64,000 nucleotides of DNA from Balanoglossus misakiensis. Its lineage: Eukaryota > Animalia > Hemichordata. The stretch is taken from assembly GCA_040954595.2 (NCBI GenBank), contig CM082598.2, forward strand, positions 9,501,097-9,565,096, in the 5' to 3' direction. Of this stretch, positions 11,108 to 24,175 are shown in pieces. Both the position numbers and the translations under genes were made by a program. The first letter of the stretch is position 1. Every line of letters starts with the position of its first letter. A model generated the notes under the pieces. It saw only the letters and a list, made by a program, of their open reading frames with translations. It searched no databases and was not told where the DNA came from.

Positions 11108-14100
11108 CTATTCATAGTCTTCCAGGTAAGTCGGACGGCGTCTTTCTCTCTGCGGACGGAGTCTCCTTTCCGGTGATTTTGTTGGTGTTGGGTTTGGTTT
11201 ACGCGGACTATCACAAACTGTTTCCGTCCCCTGTTGCTGGTTAGGTGGGTTTACATCTTCCTCATGGTTGGTATTAAGGAGTAGCTTTTCTCGCCAGTCC
11301 CTTGCATTTCGTTTTCCGGTTGCATCATATATGAACATTTCCTCGTCGAGATCTTATACTACTGCGTTCACAAGTTTGAACTTGCTTGCGTCACGATATA
11401 CTTCCCTTCCATCTGTTATACGTCTCCCTGCGATGCTTGAACCATCAATTCTGTATACTCTGTAGAATGTTGGCTCGTATGCGGTTGACCACTTGTTTCT
11501 TTTCTGTTGTTTCAGTAGATCATAGTCTCCCACGATGAAATTGTGTGGCTTCACATTTCTCTTTTCTGTTGCTTGTCTGATCTTCTCTTTGTATTCTCTG
11601 TCTCTCTCATTGATTGCATCATCTTTCATTGTTTTCTGGTCATCTCTTGTGTGGTGGTCTAGTTTGGTTCTGACTTGTCTGTTCATCATTGCTTCGTACG
11701 GTGCTGTATTTGTAGCTGGGTGTGGTGATGAACGGTATCCTGTCAGCATATCTTGAATGGCTATTTCTCTGTCCTTGCCTTCCAAGTGTGCGATTCTCTC
11801 TGTTTTATTCAGCATCTTCATGAAGTTTTCAGCTTCTCCATTGGCTCTCGCATGTTCTGGTGTTACGGTATGGTGGTGAAATCCCTCCTCCTTTGCGAAG
11901 TTGGTGAATTCTTCTGAATCTCTTTGTGGGTTTCGCTGCAGTTGAATATACAGTTTCAACTTCTGGGTATCTTGTTCTCTTGTCGATGGTAGCCCGGAGA
12001 CCAGGGCGTCGAAAAGAAACGCCCGGTGACAGTCTCTATTTACGCACAGAATTCTGTGCGGAGAACGACACGGGCGGTAAATCTTGCGTGTAAGCTAATT
12101 GGTCACTCAATGTAAACCAAATGACATCATCGCATTCTAAATGAGGAAATAGAGGTGTGAAATTCCCGCGAAGGGATGTGGGATTGGTTTTGAAGGTGTA
12201 TGAATATTCATACCCAAGCTTTGTTAATTATATCATCCAACCACTGGCGCCCGTCAACATTTGATAGATCACTCGTTATCCATTCGTTACTAAGCGACCC
12301 TGATCGTTGCCAGGGCTACTATCTTTCAGCTCAGCAGGACATTGCTCGACTGTCCCCGGGCGTTGTATTCTAGATCGACGCCCTGGTCTCCGGGCTATGT
12401 CGATGGCTACCAGGTTGTAGTGTCCATCAGGATATGGTCCTCCAAAGTCCACTAATATTACTTCCCATGGTTTCTCTGGTATTGGTGTCATCTCTTTCTG
12501 TTTCAGCTAGTGGATGTCTGGACAAGAAATCTAGTGGGTCAGCAGCATCTTTGCCTGGCTCATAAAGTAGCTCATAGTCAACATCTTGAATTTCCATTAC
12601 CCATTTCTCTATCCTGGGTGGTAGTTTCATGGTAGCTTTGTTGAACATTGGAATGAGCGGTTTATGTGCTGTGATGATTCTGAATCTGGGTGCTCCCAAC
12701 AGATATATGCGGAATCTGTTCTTTGCCCATTTCACTGCTAAAGCATCTTTCTCAGTCTGGCTGTATCTTTTCTCAGCGCTTGTCAAAGTGCGACTGATGA
12801 AGTGAACTGGTCTCAGGCCTTTCTCACTCTGCTGGAAAAGTCCTGCTGACAGTCCTTCATGGTAACTTGCTTCCACTCTCACTGTGATGGGTTTCGATGG
12901 GTTGAAGTAAGCCATAGTATCTTCATTTGTGATGCTGTCTTTGAGGTTCTGGAAAGCTGTGTTCTCCTTCTGTCCCCATCTGAAATGGACATCTTTGTGA
13001 GTAAGCTTTCTCAGGGGTGCTGTCAGTGATGTGTATCGTGGTATGAATTTCGAGAGATATCCGATCATTCCCAGGAAACTTCTCACTGCCTCCTTGGATG
13101 TTGGTGCTTTGCATTCTTTCACAGCTCGGACTTTCTCTGGTGTTGGCTTGAGGCCATTTTTCGTGAATCGGTATCTGAAGAATTCAATCTCCTCAACTCC
13201 AAATTTGCATTTGTCAAGGTTGAATGTGATCCCGAAATCCTGTGCTCTCTGTAGGACTGTTTCTAGTGTTTTGTTGTGTTCTTCTACTGAACGGCCTCCC
13301 AAGAGGATGTCATCGCGTTGGTTGAGACATCTTGGTATGTCACCAAATATTCTGTATATTGTCTCGTCAAACAAATCTTGTGATGACTTGGCTCCAAAGA
13401 TCAGTCGTTTCGGCCTCATGTTGCCCCATGGTGTGCTGAAAGTTGCTACCGCTCTAGATTCTGGATCTAGCAAGAGCTGGTGATATTCCTGCCTCATATC
13501 AAGCTTGGAGAATAATACACAGTCGTTGAACTTGTGCTCAAAATCCTCCACTAATGGGCTCTGGGTGATTCTGTTTCTCTCCACGTACTGGTTTGGTACT
13601 CTCAAGTCTACACTTGCTCTGATCATGTGTGGCTCTAGGTTTTACCTTGGTGTCTCATGGAATCTTGGTTTTGGCTGTACTACAAGGGGTGAACACCATG
13701 TCACTGGTTCTCCTTGTGGAACTTCTTCAAAGATTTCTTCTTGTATACAGTGCTCCAGCCATTTCTTTAGTGGTTTCTGCAGATAGTATGCCACAGGTCT
13801 GGGTTTCTGGGCTACTGGTACTGCTTCTTGCTTCATGCTGAACTTGGCATAAATGTCTCTATCATTCTTCATACATGTATCTCTTATTCTTCCAATTCCC
13901 TGGAATACATTTCCGTATTTCTCTGTTATCTCTTTCACTCTTTACTGTTTTGATGTCTTGAGTTTCTTTTATTCGTAGATTGTTGACCTCTGTCAGCGAT
14001 CCATCTGGTTTTATTTGCATCATACCCAGTTCAGTTAGTGTATTTCTGCTCAGCAGTGGTGGTGAATTTATCCTACCTCTGACTACGATGAACTTGGCTT

Positions 14101-15346
14101 TCACTCCACAGGTTCTGTTTCTCACTATGGTAGAGAATTCGCCTTTCACTGGTAATCGATCTTGCAAAGTGTTTAGCTTTGTGTGACTGTCCTGTAGTTA
14201 GATCTCATCGCTGGATCTGTGTTGTAATGCTTTGAACTGATGCTCATCCATGACATTTACCTCAGCTCCGGTGTCAGGTTCCATCTGTGCATCAACATCA
14301 TTTATTATGACTGTGACAGTTTTTCCTGTGTAAGTTTCCGTTGCTCTTTTTACACCTTTGACGTGTTTGTCTGCATGTTCAAAATAGTCGTCATCTGAAC
14401 TTGTAGTGCTGTCTTGCTCTTTTGTTGAAGTTTTCTGTATTCTTCTCTGCTGTTTTCTATTGCCACTCTTTTCTTGGGCACTTCCATATGTCTTTCTGCT
14501 TCTATACCCTGTGTCTTTACTTCCTCTGTCTGGATCTGCTCTACACACAGAAGCGAAGTGGTTTCTCTTTTGGCATTTCCTGCATTGTTTACCAAAAGCA
14601 GGGCAGTTCTGTCCTTCTTTATGAACTCCGGTCAGTCCACAATATGTACACTGTTTACCATCATGTGCAGGTGTCTGTTTTCTTTTCTCGGGTTTTCCGT
14701 GTTTCTTGGTTTGTCTGTACTGTTTCACTTTTGCAATACTTCTCTCACCTGACTGTTTCATATCACGCATTTGTAGTGAGGTGTCCTCCATTTGCGCTGC
14801 TTCAGTCAGTAACTGAGTAAGAGACCATTTCTTGTTTATTGCTTTCTGTATCAGGGTGCAATTGTCAATTGTCTGGATGATATGTTCCAGAATTCTCTCT
14901 TCACAACTCGTGCCGAACTCACACTCGTTGGCTTTTTCTCTCAATCTGGCTGCGTATGCGACAGTGCTTTCATTTGTTGTCGGAGTCATTTTGAGAAATA
15001 AATACCTTGCGTGGTGTTTATTCTTCTTTGGTGTGTAGTACTCGTTTAGTTTCGTTTTCAACTTCTCATAGACGTTTGCTCCCTCTATGGGGTCAGGTAA
15101 ATTTTTCTTGAGTCTCGCTATTTCTTTTCCTCCATAGATTATCATGGCGTCTTTCTTATCTACAGGTTCTGTTATTCTGAAGTATCGAAATTCTCGTTCG
15201 ATGCCCTCTAACCATTCCTCCCAAGCTTTGCCTGTTGTGATCTGATCATCGGTATGCACAAACGGTTGGCATTTGAGGTTTCTCGTGTCTGTAACCACGG
15301 TTATTGCTGCTGGGGGTGCCGCCATTTTGTCAGTTCTATCAGTCAC
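11108..15346 (-). pseudogene. gag-pol of element B, disrupted
   Basis: Gag with CRKCQKRNHFASVC and protease PDTGA (14198-15346). RT/RNase H with RLIFG and QRDDIL (12427-13626). Integrase fragments VDFGGP and NGEAENF (12276-12491, 11354-11959). Stops, deletions and a MITE insertion. Confidence 0.9.
11990..12397. mobile_element. Non-autonomous TIR element with TAG...CTA ends and 9-bp TSD (AcademH-like), inside the integrase of element B
   Basis: TIR TAGCCCGGAGACCAGGGCGTCGA / TCGACGCCCTGGTCTCCGGGCTA. TSD TGTCGATGG (11981-11989, 12398-12406). Removing it restores integrase ...LVAIDKRTRYPEVE. Confidence 0.85.
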
Positions 15347-17252
15347 GTAGCACTGATCGACACTATATGTACGTCACACTCACGCTCGGCAGATCTGATG
15401 TATAAATTTCTGGGGCGGCTCTCGCTGGGGAATGGTTTGAGTTACTCACCATGCATTTATGGTTATTCTGCTTTGCATTCTGTGGATCGTTTGATCCTCG
15501 TCGCCATTGTAATGTCCCCGACTATGAATCAAATAGATTGACTCGCAGTTGTATGGCTTCTAACAACTCGCCATGTTAACTTTATTAACAACAACACAAC
15601 TACTGCGCATGGGCAGGTACTGTACTGCGCATGACATGTATAGAATGCAGCTGGCCATACTGAAAGTATGTTTTGTTATATGTCTGGATATTACATCGCC
15701 TTAAGGGCGGAGCGTCCCTATATATAGGGGTAGCCAAATGGCGGTGTTCATTGTGTAAATTGACTCTGAAGGGTGAACAGCGGACACACGCTCCCGAGAA
15801 TGCATGATTTTCCGAAGTTTTTGACCACAACATCCTTCACAATGCATACAAATTCCACCATGAATATGTCTCCTTCCGAATTATGGCTTAAATTCCCCAG
15901 ACAGACGCGAATCCTTATCTGCGTTCTGTAAACTGGAATGTGTGTTCACGAGATTGTAGAGGTGCAATTGACTACACACTTTTCGAGGTCATGTCTGTAA
16001 AAAACATGAGTTGATCAAATCGACGTAAAAATGCAAACCTTTCTACTAATACTACTACTAGCACTGGGCAAAATGATTGATATACGACAATATACGTAAA
16101 ACTACTAAGTTTGTACATTTGACATATACGTTTCATATACGTGCATTTACGTAACAAATGCAAGCTGCTAGATATGTGTACAAATACGAGAAGTATACAT
16201 CATGTACACGTTCTCTTACATATACGTTCTGCAGATCTACGTATTTGTAGTTATTTTCTACCGAATAGTGTGCCTACAGTATACATCCATGTATATGTAC
16301 GTATATTCATGCTAATTATTAGGATTATTTGGACCACCCGTTTTTAAAAGCAAACGCTTTCAAAAGTTTGATGAAAGATCTGGGTCGCACTTCTGCGGCC
16401 ACTTTATGTCGCAAAACGCTGGTTGTTTTACGACGTTTTACGACGTCCACCTCCGGTACATAGAAACACCAGCACCGCTGGCAGTCACTGTACGCCGTCA
16501 ACCGTGTGCATAAGTTTGTTTCAACACCAGACAAAGCGAAAGAAGAGTTGTCACAGAAACTTGATAGTCTGGACGCAGAACAGAAGTCTTTGAGGGAAAA
16601 TCGACATGCGGCGGTGATAATCTATGCACCAACAAAGGAAGACCGGATCGTATGATTTTTGTAAGTTTAAACATACATCGTGTTTTGGTCTTGTCCATAT
16701 CCACCCCACCCATGTGTCTGCGTTTTGACACTATTTCTACTCGTTGTTAAGTCCGAGTCCTTTTTATTTCTGCCGTTTGCATTAGTGCATCAAGCATGTC
16801 TATGTAGAACTAGAAACAGGTTTTGATTGACAATTTGACATTTCCACCAAGCATTTGTATTGTTATCTCAAATGTCCCTTGTTTTACTTTGCAGCGGCAG
16901 GTAAAGCACTCAGCTTTATGTAACCATAGAAGATTCATCTGATACAACCAACGAGTAAGTATATCTCTTTTATTCTTAGACTTTTCATTCAATTTGGTGT
17001 AGTATGATTTATAACATTGAGCATAACCCGTAGAGAAAAAAGACGCGGAACATCGGCCAAGATCAAAGGCCTTGAGGATTAGCTAGAACAAAAGGTAAAC
17101 AAACTGGGTTGACTTCCATGTGTGCTCTACAGCTTGGTGTTTCATGGTTGACGACAAACAAAAGATGCATATAAGCGTGGGATTGCTGGATTGCCAGAAT
17201 AGCTGACGTTCAGATATTTTAGCAGCTACTGAGCTTGGATACTTGGTAGCTC

Positions 17253-17973
17253 CATGGAGGTACTAGAGAGAAGGAGCGAGGACGGATTTAAGCGGATTAA
17301 ATCCCTTTCTTCTGAAGTGTGATAAGCTTCTTTAAGTCTTTGTGTTTCTGTGTTGAAAGCGTCCTTTGAACCCACTGTGCGTTACCGCTGATTATGCAGT
17401 TAGGGTTTGGAAGATCTACGGGGTAATATTTCTATGATATTAAAAACACTATGCGCACATCGCGGACGAGCGTACTACATATGCGTGGTGACTTTTATTT
17501 ACATCTAGAGGTCAAGTTTACGCATCACCACTACCGGAAACGTGTCAGGCGGACGTCTTGGAAGACTTGTGGCGTTATTTCTCTTGTTTGTACAACCAAA
17601 AAGTATGATTTTGAAATGAATATTTTGAGTTTGTAGCAATTTTCAGCAAAAAACAAGTTCATAGGTTTTATTTGAAAACCAATCTTCCCGATGCAAGCTG
17701 TTTTGTTAGTGTGGGATGGTGTGGGATGCCCGATATTCACCATTGTAATTGCCAGCGCGGAGACGTTCGGCACAGCAGTTTGGTCTGGTTGTTTATGCTT
17801 AGAGACGCGACGCCAGCTATGAGTTGTTTATCTACGCAAGCGCACAGCTTGAATGAACGCCTATCAGGTGATAAAATGTTGAGAGCCTAATGTTATCTGC
17901 AAACAGATTAAGACGCACATGGGGTTCATAGGAAACAATAGCGTCCTCGCTCCTTCTCTCTAGTACCTCCATG
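17253..17973. mobile_element. MITE with 7-bp TSD (P-element-like)
   Basis: Perfect TIR CATGGAGGTACTAGAGAGAAGGAGCGAGGACG. TSD GTAGCTC (17246-17252, 17974-17980). Confidence 0.85.
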
Positions 17974-18680
17974 GTAGCTCTAACCATGCTCTTATGCGTG
18001 ATAGTGAGCAACTATTCAGTCATAACTATTTGACCTCGGTTGCGATAACAGCACACTGAATCTGTATGCTTTTTGTACCTTGTCAACATGACAGATAACA
18101 AAGTATACATTTGGAAGGTGTGAAGACATTTCCCATGGCCCGATTTGTTGAATGCAAATGAGACATTTTCACCCATAAACTAAAAACAATGGGGGACGTT
18201 TATTATAAACTTAAACAGTGCACTGTCATGTTGGTGACAAAGGTAAAAACAGAACGGACTGACTTGTCGCTGTGTTCCAGGTGAAGGTGTTTACAGCCCA
18301 CTCTATATAAACTGCCAGTGGTTCAGACTTCCCAAAAGTTGTAGCTCATAGGCACCGCAGTCAAAGATAAGTGCTTAAGATGACCAAACTAAATACTCTT
18401 TTTCTTTTCTTTTTGACAGCTTCTACAGAGTCATGGCAAGATGGTGGATCTTGAAGACAAATCTTAATAGGATAACATGGTGAAAGCAGGCGATCTGATG
18501 ATGTCAGATGAAGCAAATTTTTCATGGTATTTTGGAGTTACTGAATGAAGCTAGACTTTGAGGATTATTTTTCAGATTTTAGGTTTGCATTTAAAAACAA
18601 AACACTTTGTTCTTTGTCCATGTAATGTCTTTAATCATTTTATATGTTTTAAATAAAATTACCTTTTTAGGAGTTATGTA

Positions 18681-19935
18681 TGGGTGTCTCAAAACACATT
18701 GTGCGACAAGAAAGTGCTAGTCGCACTTTGAGGGAAATGCTATCTGCGACCACTAGCACTTTGATTCTGCGACCACTAGCACTTTGATTCTGCGACCACT
18801 AGCACTTTGATTCTGCGACCACTAGCACTTGCATTCTGCTACAAGATTTTTTATTGGTTGTGTAACTTATGTGCACAATTAATACCCCATTGACAGTAAC
18901 GAGGTGTGAACGATTCGACAAGGCAACGTCAATGCCCGATGCTTTCCCGGCCGATCCCAAGTTCGTCACGTTGATAAGTGCGGCAGTCATTGATCGAGTT
19001 AACAAAGCAAATGCCCCGGCCGTTGCGTCGCCTTTCCGTACTGTTTGTACAAACATGCAACCACAACTGTACATGAAAAAACTAGCTGCGTATTGCTCTC
19101 AGACTAAAACATCAATGCAATGAGAAAACGTTGATAAAACATTATTTATATAGACAGAATAAAGGAAAAAGTTTATTAACGTAAGTACTGTACTCGATCG
19201 TATCGGCATCTTGAAGTCCTATTTTTAACACGCAAAGGTCACGGGTTCATGTGGGCGCGCACAACACTTAACTGCACTCATGCTACAGAAATACACACAG
19301 TCGTTTTTCAACATAAAAATATTACCTTTATTTAGACATAAAACCGCTAAAGGCAAGTATACCGATCACGGAAGCAAGTAGTCAGATTCATCGAGCGATT
19401 CATCTGATGAGTGCAGCGCGACCTTGACCATATTCTACGATGTCAAAGGTCAGGTCATTCAAAAATGGCGATTGTGTTGTCATCGCATCGCAAATGCGCA
19501 TTTCGCGCTCGTTTAATAGCTAGTTTTACTCAGCTACAAAAATCGACAAACCAGAGTTCTTATTAAAGTCGGTGTAAAATCAGACTTGGATATGATCTAG
19601 TAGAAATAAAAGGTCAGTATTTAACCAAACGGAAATTACGTGGATCGTGTATTTTGTACATGACACGAGTACAACATATCAAGTTATCATCTTGAAAGAA
19701 AGTTGAATGTCGCGATACTTTCAAAACCCCTCGATCGATACGACTGTGCTTTTTGAAACCGGTTTTTATTCAAGCTTGTTGGTCGCAAATGATCACAGCG
19801 CACAATGCAAGTACCAGTGGTCGCAGAATCAAAGTGCTAGTGGTCGCAGAATCAAAGTGCTAGTGGTCGCAGATAGCATTTCCCTCAAAGTGCGACTAGC
19901 ACTTTCTTGTCGCACAATGTGTTTTGAGACACCCG
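18681..19935. mobile_element. TA-flanked non-autonomous TIR element with subterminal 23-bp tandem repeats (Tc1/mariner-like)
   Basis: >100-bp TIRs beginning GGGTGTCTCAAAACACATTGTGCGAC. Tandem CTGCGACCACTAGCACTTTGATT units in both arms. TA on both sides. Confidence 0.85.
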
Positions 19936-20750
19936 TATATACCTGTTTTTAGTGAATTTTATTATGTGAGCAGTTTTTTGTTGATGCATGATGGGAGGAA
20001 GTGTATCGGCTTGAAATATGCTTTTACCGATTTGTTGCTATTGATCTGCTTTGAAATGCAGTTGCATCTCAAAGCAGACTAATAGTAACAAATTTACAGC
20101 AAAGGTGAACAAGAAGGAAAGGTCAAATCCTGACAATGAAGGATGACCCCAGAATTGTGACCTTTGGGGTAATTTAAATATGACCCCAAAATTATTTTGC
20201 AAATATTTGCCAACAATGATGACATAATGTATGGTAATTTCTGGAAGGGTCTGCGTTAAATATACGTAAAAATACAAGGAACGTGAACTCAACTATGCAA
20301 ATGTAAATGTCTGTGATGAGGATGTAACGTATGCTAATAACACAGTCATGCAAATAGCAAGGAAGATATGCACTGAGAATGTGTACAAATACGTTGGAAT
20401 GTTTATAGTGTGCACTTGATCTGCATTGGTCTGCGTTGTGCACACCCGTGATCTTCATAGATATACGTGCACGTATACTAACACATTGGTATGTTCCATA
20501 TACGTGAATATACGTCACATATACGTGGTGCAGATTGTAGATGTACAACTGTGCAGACTATTGTATACTTGCGCATATTCCTAATCTACGTGTCCATATA
20601 CGTGAAAATACTGAATGTATATCAACCTTTTTGCCCAGTGTAGTACTATCACGAAAAAAAAAAACTTTTGTCGTACAATTTCACAGGATTCTCTGACCAA
20701 AGATTCTTTGGCCCTGAAAAGTGTCGTTTGACCCATCTTCCTGATAAGTT

Positions 20751-21328
20751 TTTGGGGTTCCAAGGGACCTTATGGGATCGGTTGCGTCTGTATGTACGGA
20801 TTGATGGATGGATGTCTGTACATGTATGTCTGTATATCTGTCCACATCAAAAACTTGAAAACCGCTGCGTGTATCACCTTGATATTTGGTGTGCTGATGC
20901 AGGCTGGGCTGTAGATGGGAGTTTGTTCAAATGAAGGTGTCATCGCCAAAAATATGCAAATTAGCTGGAAAAATGTGAATTTGGGCAAAACTCAGTAACT
21001 CAAGAACTACTGGTCAGATTGCTTTGCAAAGTGGTGTGTATTTACTTTATTGAGTTGTTTTAATTAGGCAGGAACCCCCTCCTGTGATTTATATACACAG
21101 CATGATTACATAACTGGCTAAGTTTTAAAGAGGCCAGCTGTTCTATTTAGTGTATGTACAGTACATATGCCATTGGCAGCTTATGGGTCAGTCAGTGTTT
21201 GCCCATTGATCTCTCGCTATGTGTGTGTGTGTGTGTGTCTGTCTGTCTGTATATGGCCATGTACTTCGGTGTAGACTTTTTCTTGTGTAATCACTCAATT
21301 GGACCACCGTGTCCTTGACGCGATTTTT
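20751..21328 (+). mobile_element. Helentron/DINE-like non-autonomous repeat (family copy 1)
   Basis: GGGACCTTATGGGATCGGTTGCGTCTGTATG, then a (GTAT/GGAT)n microsatellite, then the core AAAACTTGAAAACCGCTGCG. 3' end GGACC..GTGTCCTTGACGCGATTTTT. Near-identical to the copy at 47242-47850. Confidence 0.7.
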
Positions 21329-22919
21329 ATGTTCACGATGATTATTCCCACCGATGTCCGACATAAGATTAGATCCAGCATGATTAACTTTTGTACAGAG
21401 TACTAGAAAAGAGACCATCTCTACTGCCTATGATTATTTATAGTATCAGCAATTCAATTACGTTTCTTTCCTATGGATTTTCGACAAGCATCAACGATCC
21501 AGCAAAAGTTGTCGACTGACGCCGTGACAGCAATTATCTTAACACTTGGCGAAATCTATAGTACGTATTTCATAAAGAGTTCTGTGTTGAAATATATTTG
21601 AAGGAATGGGACACATGGTGAAAAATGGCACTACTTTTATTATATGCCGATCGAGTACAGGGTATGCTCAAAATGGCTACCCACTCAGTGATTGTGAGTG
21701 ATCTCGTATCCCGCGTTTTACAACTGTCCTGTTCTCCAAATTGGTCGAAAGCACACAACAGTCACTACATAAAACAATGTATACTATCTCTCGAGACCAT
21801 GAGGAAACAAAGCATAATCTTAAAGAAAATTTCTATGGATCACTTTATTTCAAACCTACAAGCAGTACATCAGCACCAAGAGCCGTCCCCCTAACTCCTT
21901 CTATGAAACATGAAACTTTCTTGTCATACAAAGGTGTAAACTTGCCAAAGAATGACGCTAGCAGGCACTATAATTAGGTATAATTTAGGAAAATGGTGCA
22001 ACACATGGTATTTATTTCGAAAAGCTCTCCTCATTAAATAGGTGATGGTATCATTAAATTTTATAAAAGATTGGCAAGAGAGGTAACTAATTTCAACTCA
22101 AAAGGCAAATTCAGGCGGGTCAGAACTTCTCCTTTAATTATGTTTGATACAAGACACCATTTATGTTATTCTACATGTGGATATATAGTGAATCCATATT
22201 CAACCATACACAACTTCTATCCCGCTTATAGGATATGAGAGTAAAAATCTCGCCAAAATGAATAAACGGTAGTGACAGAGTATTCATTTTGGCGAGTTTT
22301 TCACTCTCGTGTCTACAATTGGGATAGAAGTTGTGTGTGGTCGAACATTGATTCCGCTTATAACATGTAGAAAGACATAAACGGTGTCTTGTTATACCGC
22401 AAAAAAAACGAAAATTTTGTTTTGCGTTATCTGTTTCCATTGAGAAGTTACATTTTTAGAAAATTTGATCAAATTCACAGTGAGTTGTATTGAATCAGAG
22501 TTTATTCCCGCCAGGGACACTTTATCGACTAAAAAAAATTATGTATTGTTAGATGGGTCATACACAATCCCTTGTTAAAATTTGAGCAAATTCGGCAAAC
22601 GCAGAGCGAAGCTAAATTCTTCTGAAGTTGTCAAAATCAGCGAAAATGCAAACTGAGAAAAACGGCAATTTGCATTGTTGACACCTAGTTCTTAAGCTGT
22701 GGACTCATTCAGAAAAGTGCTATTTTGGGGTGATTATGCACCATTTCCACCAAGACGCATTTGTCAGAATGTGGATCAGTATTAGACCTACCGATTTATG
22801 TAAAAAAGTAAAATTTGGCAAAAATCATAACTTTTCATGCAATGCCACCTTTTGGCAGTGTTTTGACAATAAAATGTATGCTTTAAAACTTTATTTAAAT
22901 GGCGTTACATTAATTGCAG

Positions 22920-23127
22920 GTCCCCTGGGATGAGTTCGTTCCAAAATTTGAAGAACAGAACCCTGATATAAAGTGGGATGATGTTGAGGAAAAGATATTT
23001 GATGCCATACGACAGCTGTTTAGGGCAGTTACATCGCAAGCACCACCCAAAGGACTTGCTCATAATCCCCAATCAAGAGCCATGTATTCCCTTGATATAA
23101 TGCTGAAGTGGGAAGTTAATGAAAGTG
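22920..23127 (+). CDS. TTLL12: Tubulin-tyrosine-ligase-like 12, penultimate coding exon
   Basis: TTGCAG|...G|GTAAGT splice sites. Peptide VPWDEFVPKFEEQNPDIKWDDVEEKIF...PPKGL...SRAMYSLDIMLKWE matches the recalled TTLL12 C-terminus (EEFIPEFEKQYP...SRAMYAVDLMLKWD). Confidence 0.9.
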
Positions 23128-23612
23128 GTAAGTTAATTTGATTCCACGTAACACTGCTTTAAAGTGAAGGGGTTGTCGCGCCACGTTTGTTTGTTTATTA
23201 ACATTACAATTCAACCACAAATACCTGAAATCAGATAATTCTTAGAACGGACGAAGCAGCCAGCCGTAGCGTACATTGGCATGGCAGCAACTGAAGATCC
23301 TAGTAGGTCATGGCGACTGCAGTGGGGTTTGCACTGGTATGGAAGGACATATTCTCATCAGTTTATAGGTGGTTCTCCCAGACAAAAAGGCAAAAGTTTA
23401 TTCAATGCAATAGCATCGATGCTTCCATTTCATTCTGGCTGTAATTTTTGCGTGGGGGATGATTTCAGATGGAATCTGCATCTCTTACACAGTAAGTTCA
23501 CTCTTGTTCTACCCAAGGTCTAAATTGATTAATAATATGTAATACAGTGGTAGCTTGTGGTTGTCACATTTGTCTTTGTGTGGGTGGGTGTTTGTATAAG
23601 GATGTATGTAGG

Positions 23613-24175
23613 CAGTGTTTCCTCCAATCTGATTAAAATCAGATGTTGGGTGCCGTCTTTACCGTTGCTGATTCTTGGCTGTTCTGTTCCGAAGGGATGT
23701 CCGCACTACATCTGAACCTATGTCATAGGAGATCTCATTTAAATCTCGTGCTTTCTCAAGCCAATCAGAGCGGTCATTAGAGAAGAAAACTGAAGGTGTG
23801 GAAAAACAAGCGAACTTGAACAATAAAAGTGAGTTTGCTGCGCATGGTATGCACGTGGCCAGTTCCAAAGCATTGGGAAAGCTGCTCAATAACAATGCTG
23901 ACTATACATATACCGGTAGATTGTGTTGAGTACTGGGCATTTCATCATGCTTTAGGGATTTGATCAAGAAACTTAGATTTCAAGGGAGACAGGAACAGAA
24001 GATCATGACTGGAGGACAAATCTTGAAAGTACTACCTCCATGATAGACATGAGAACAATTAATGGCTAGGATTTATTTATTGGTCATTTTCACTTGCTCA
24101 ATCGCCCCCCCCCCCCCCCCACTTTTTCTTATGAGTCACAGAGTCCCATTTTTTGAAATCCTGGAGGAAACACTG
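23613..24175. mobile_element. MITE (hAT-like)
   Basis: TIR CAGTGTTTCCTCCA / TGGAGGAAACACTG. Imperfect 8-bp flanks GTATGTAG / GTAAGTAG. Contains an end fragment CAATCTGATTAAAATCAGATG of the family at 44708. Confidence 0.6.

Larger units (their letters stand above)
6135..15695 (-). mobile_element. Ty3/Gypsy LTR retrotransposon B (defective; its 3' LTR is interrupted by element A)
   Basis: 188-bp TG...CA 5' LTR at 15508-15695. 3' LTR split into 6135-6182 and 10586-10725. 5-bp TSD TCGCC (6130-6134, 15696-15700). PBS TGGCGACGAGGAT (tRNA-Ser-like). Purine tract AAAGAAAAGGAGAAA next to 10725. Confidence 0.95.
16062..20640. mobile_element. Probable non-autonomous CACTA/EnSpm-like element hosting nested MITEs
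   Basis: Ends CACTGGGCAAAATGATTGATATAC / GTATATCAACCTTTTTGCCCAGTG. 3-bp TSD TAG (16059-16061, 20641-20643). Clustered ATATACGT-type subterminal repeats at both ends. Confidence 0.7.

Noticed and set aside
18744-18835. CRISPR-like array of 23-bp repeats
   Set aside because: The repeats are head-to-tail without spacers, are mirrored in the opposite TIR, and lie in eukaryotic DNA. They are subterminal repeats of a MITE.
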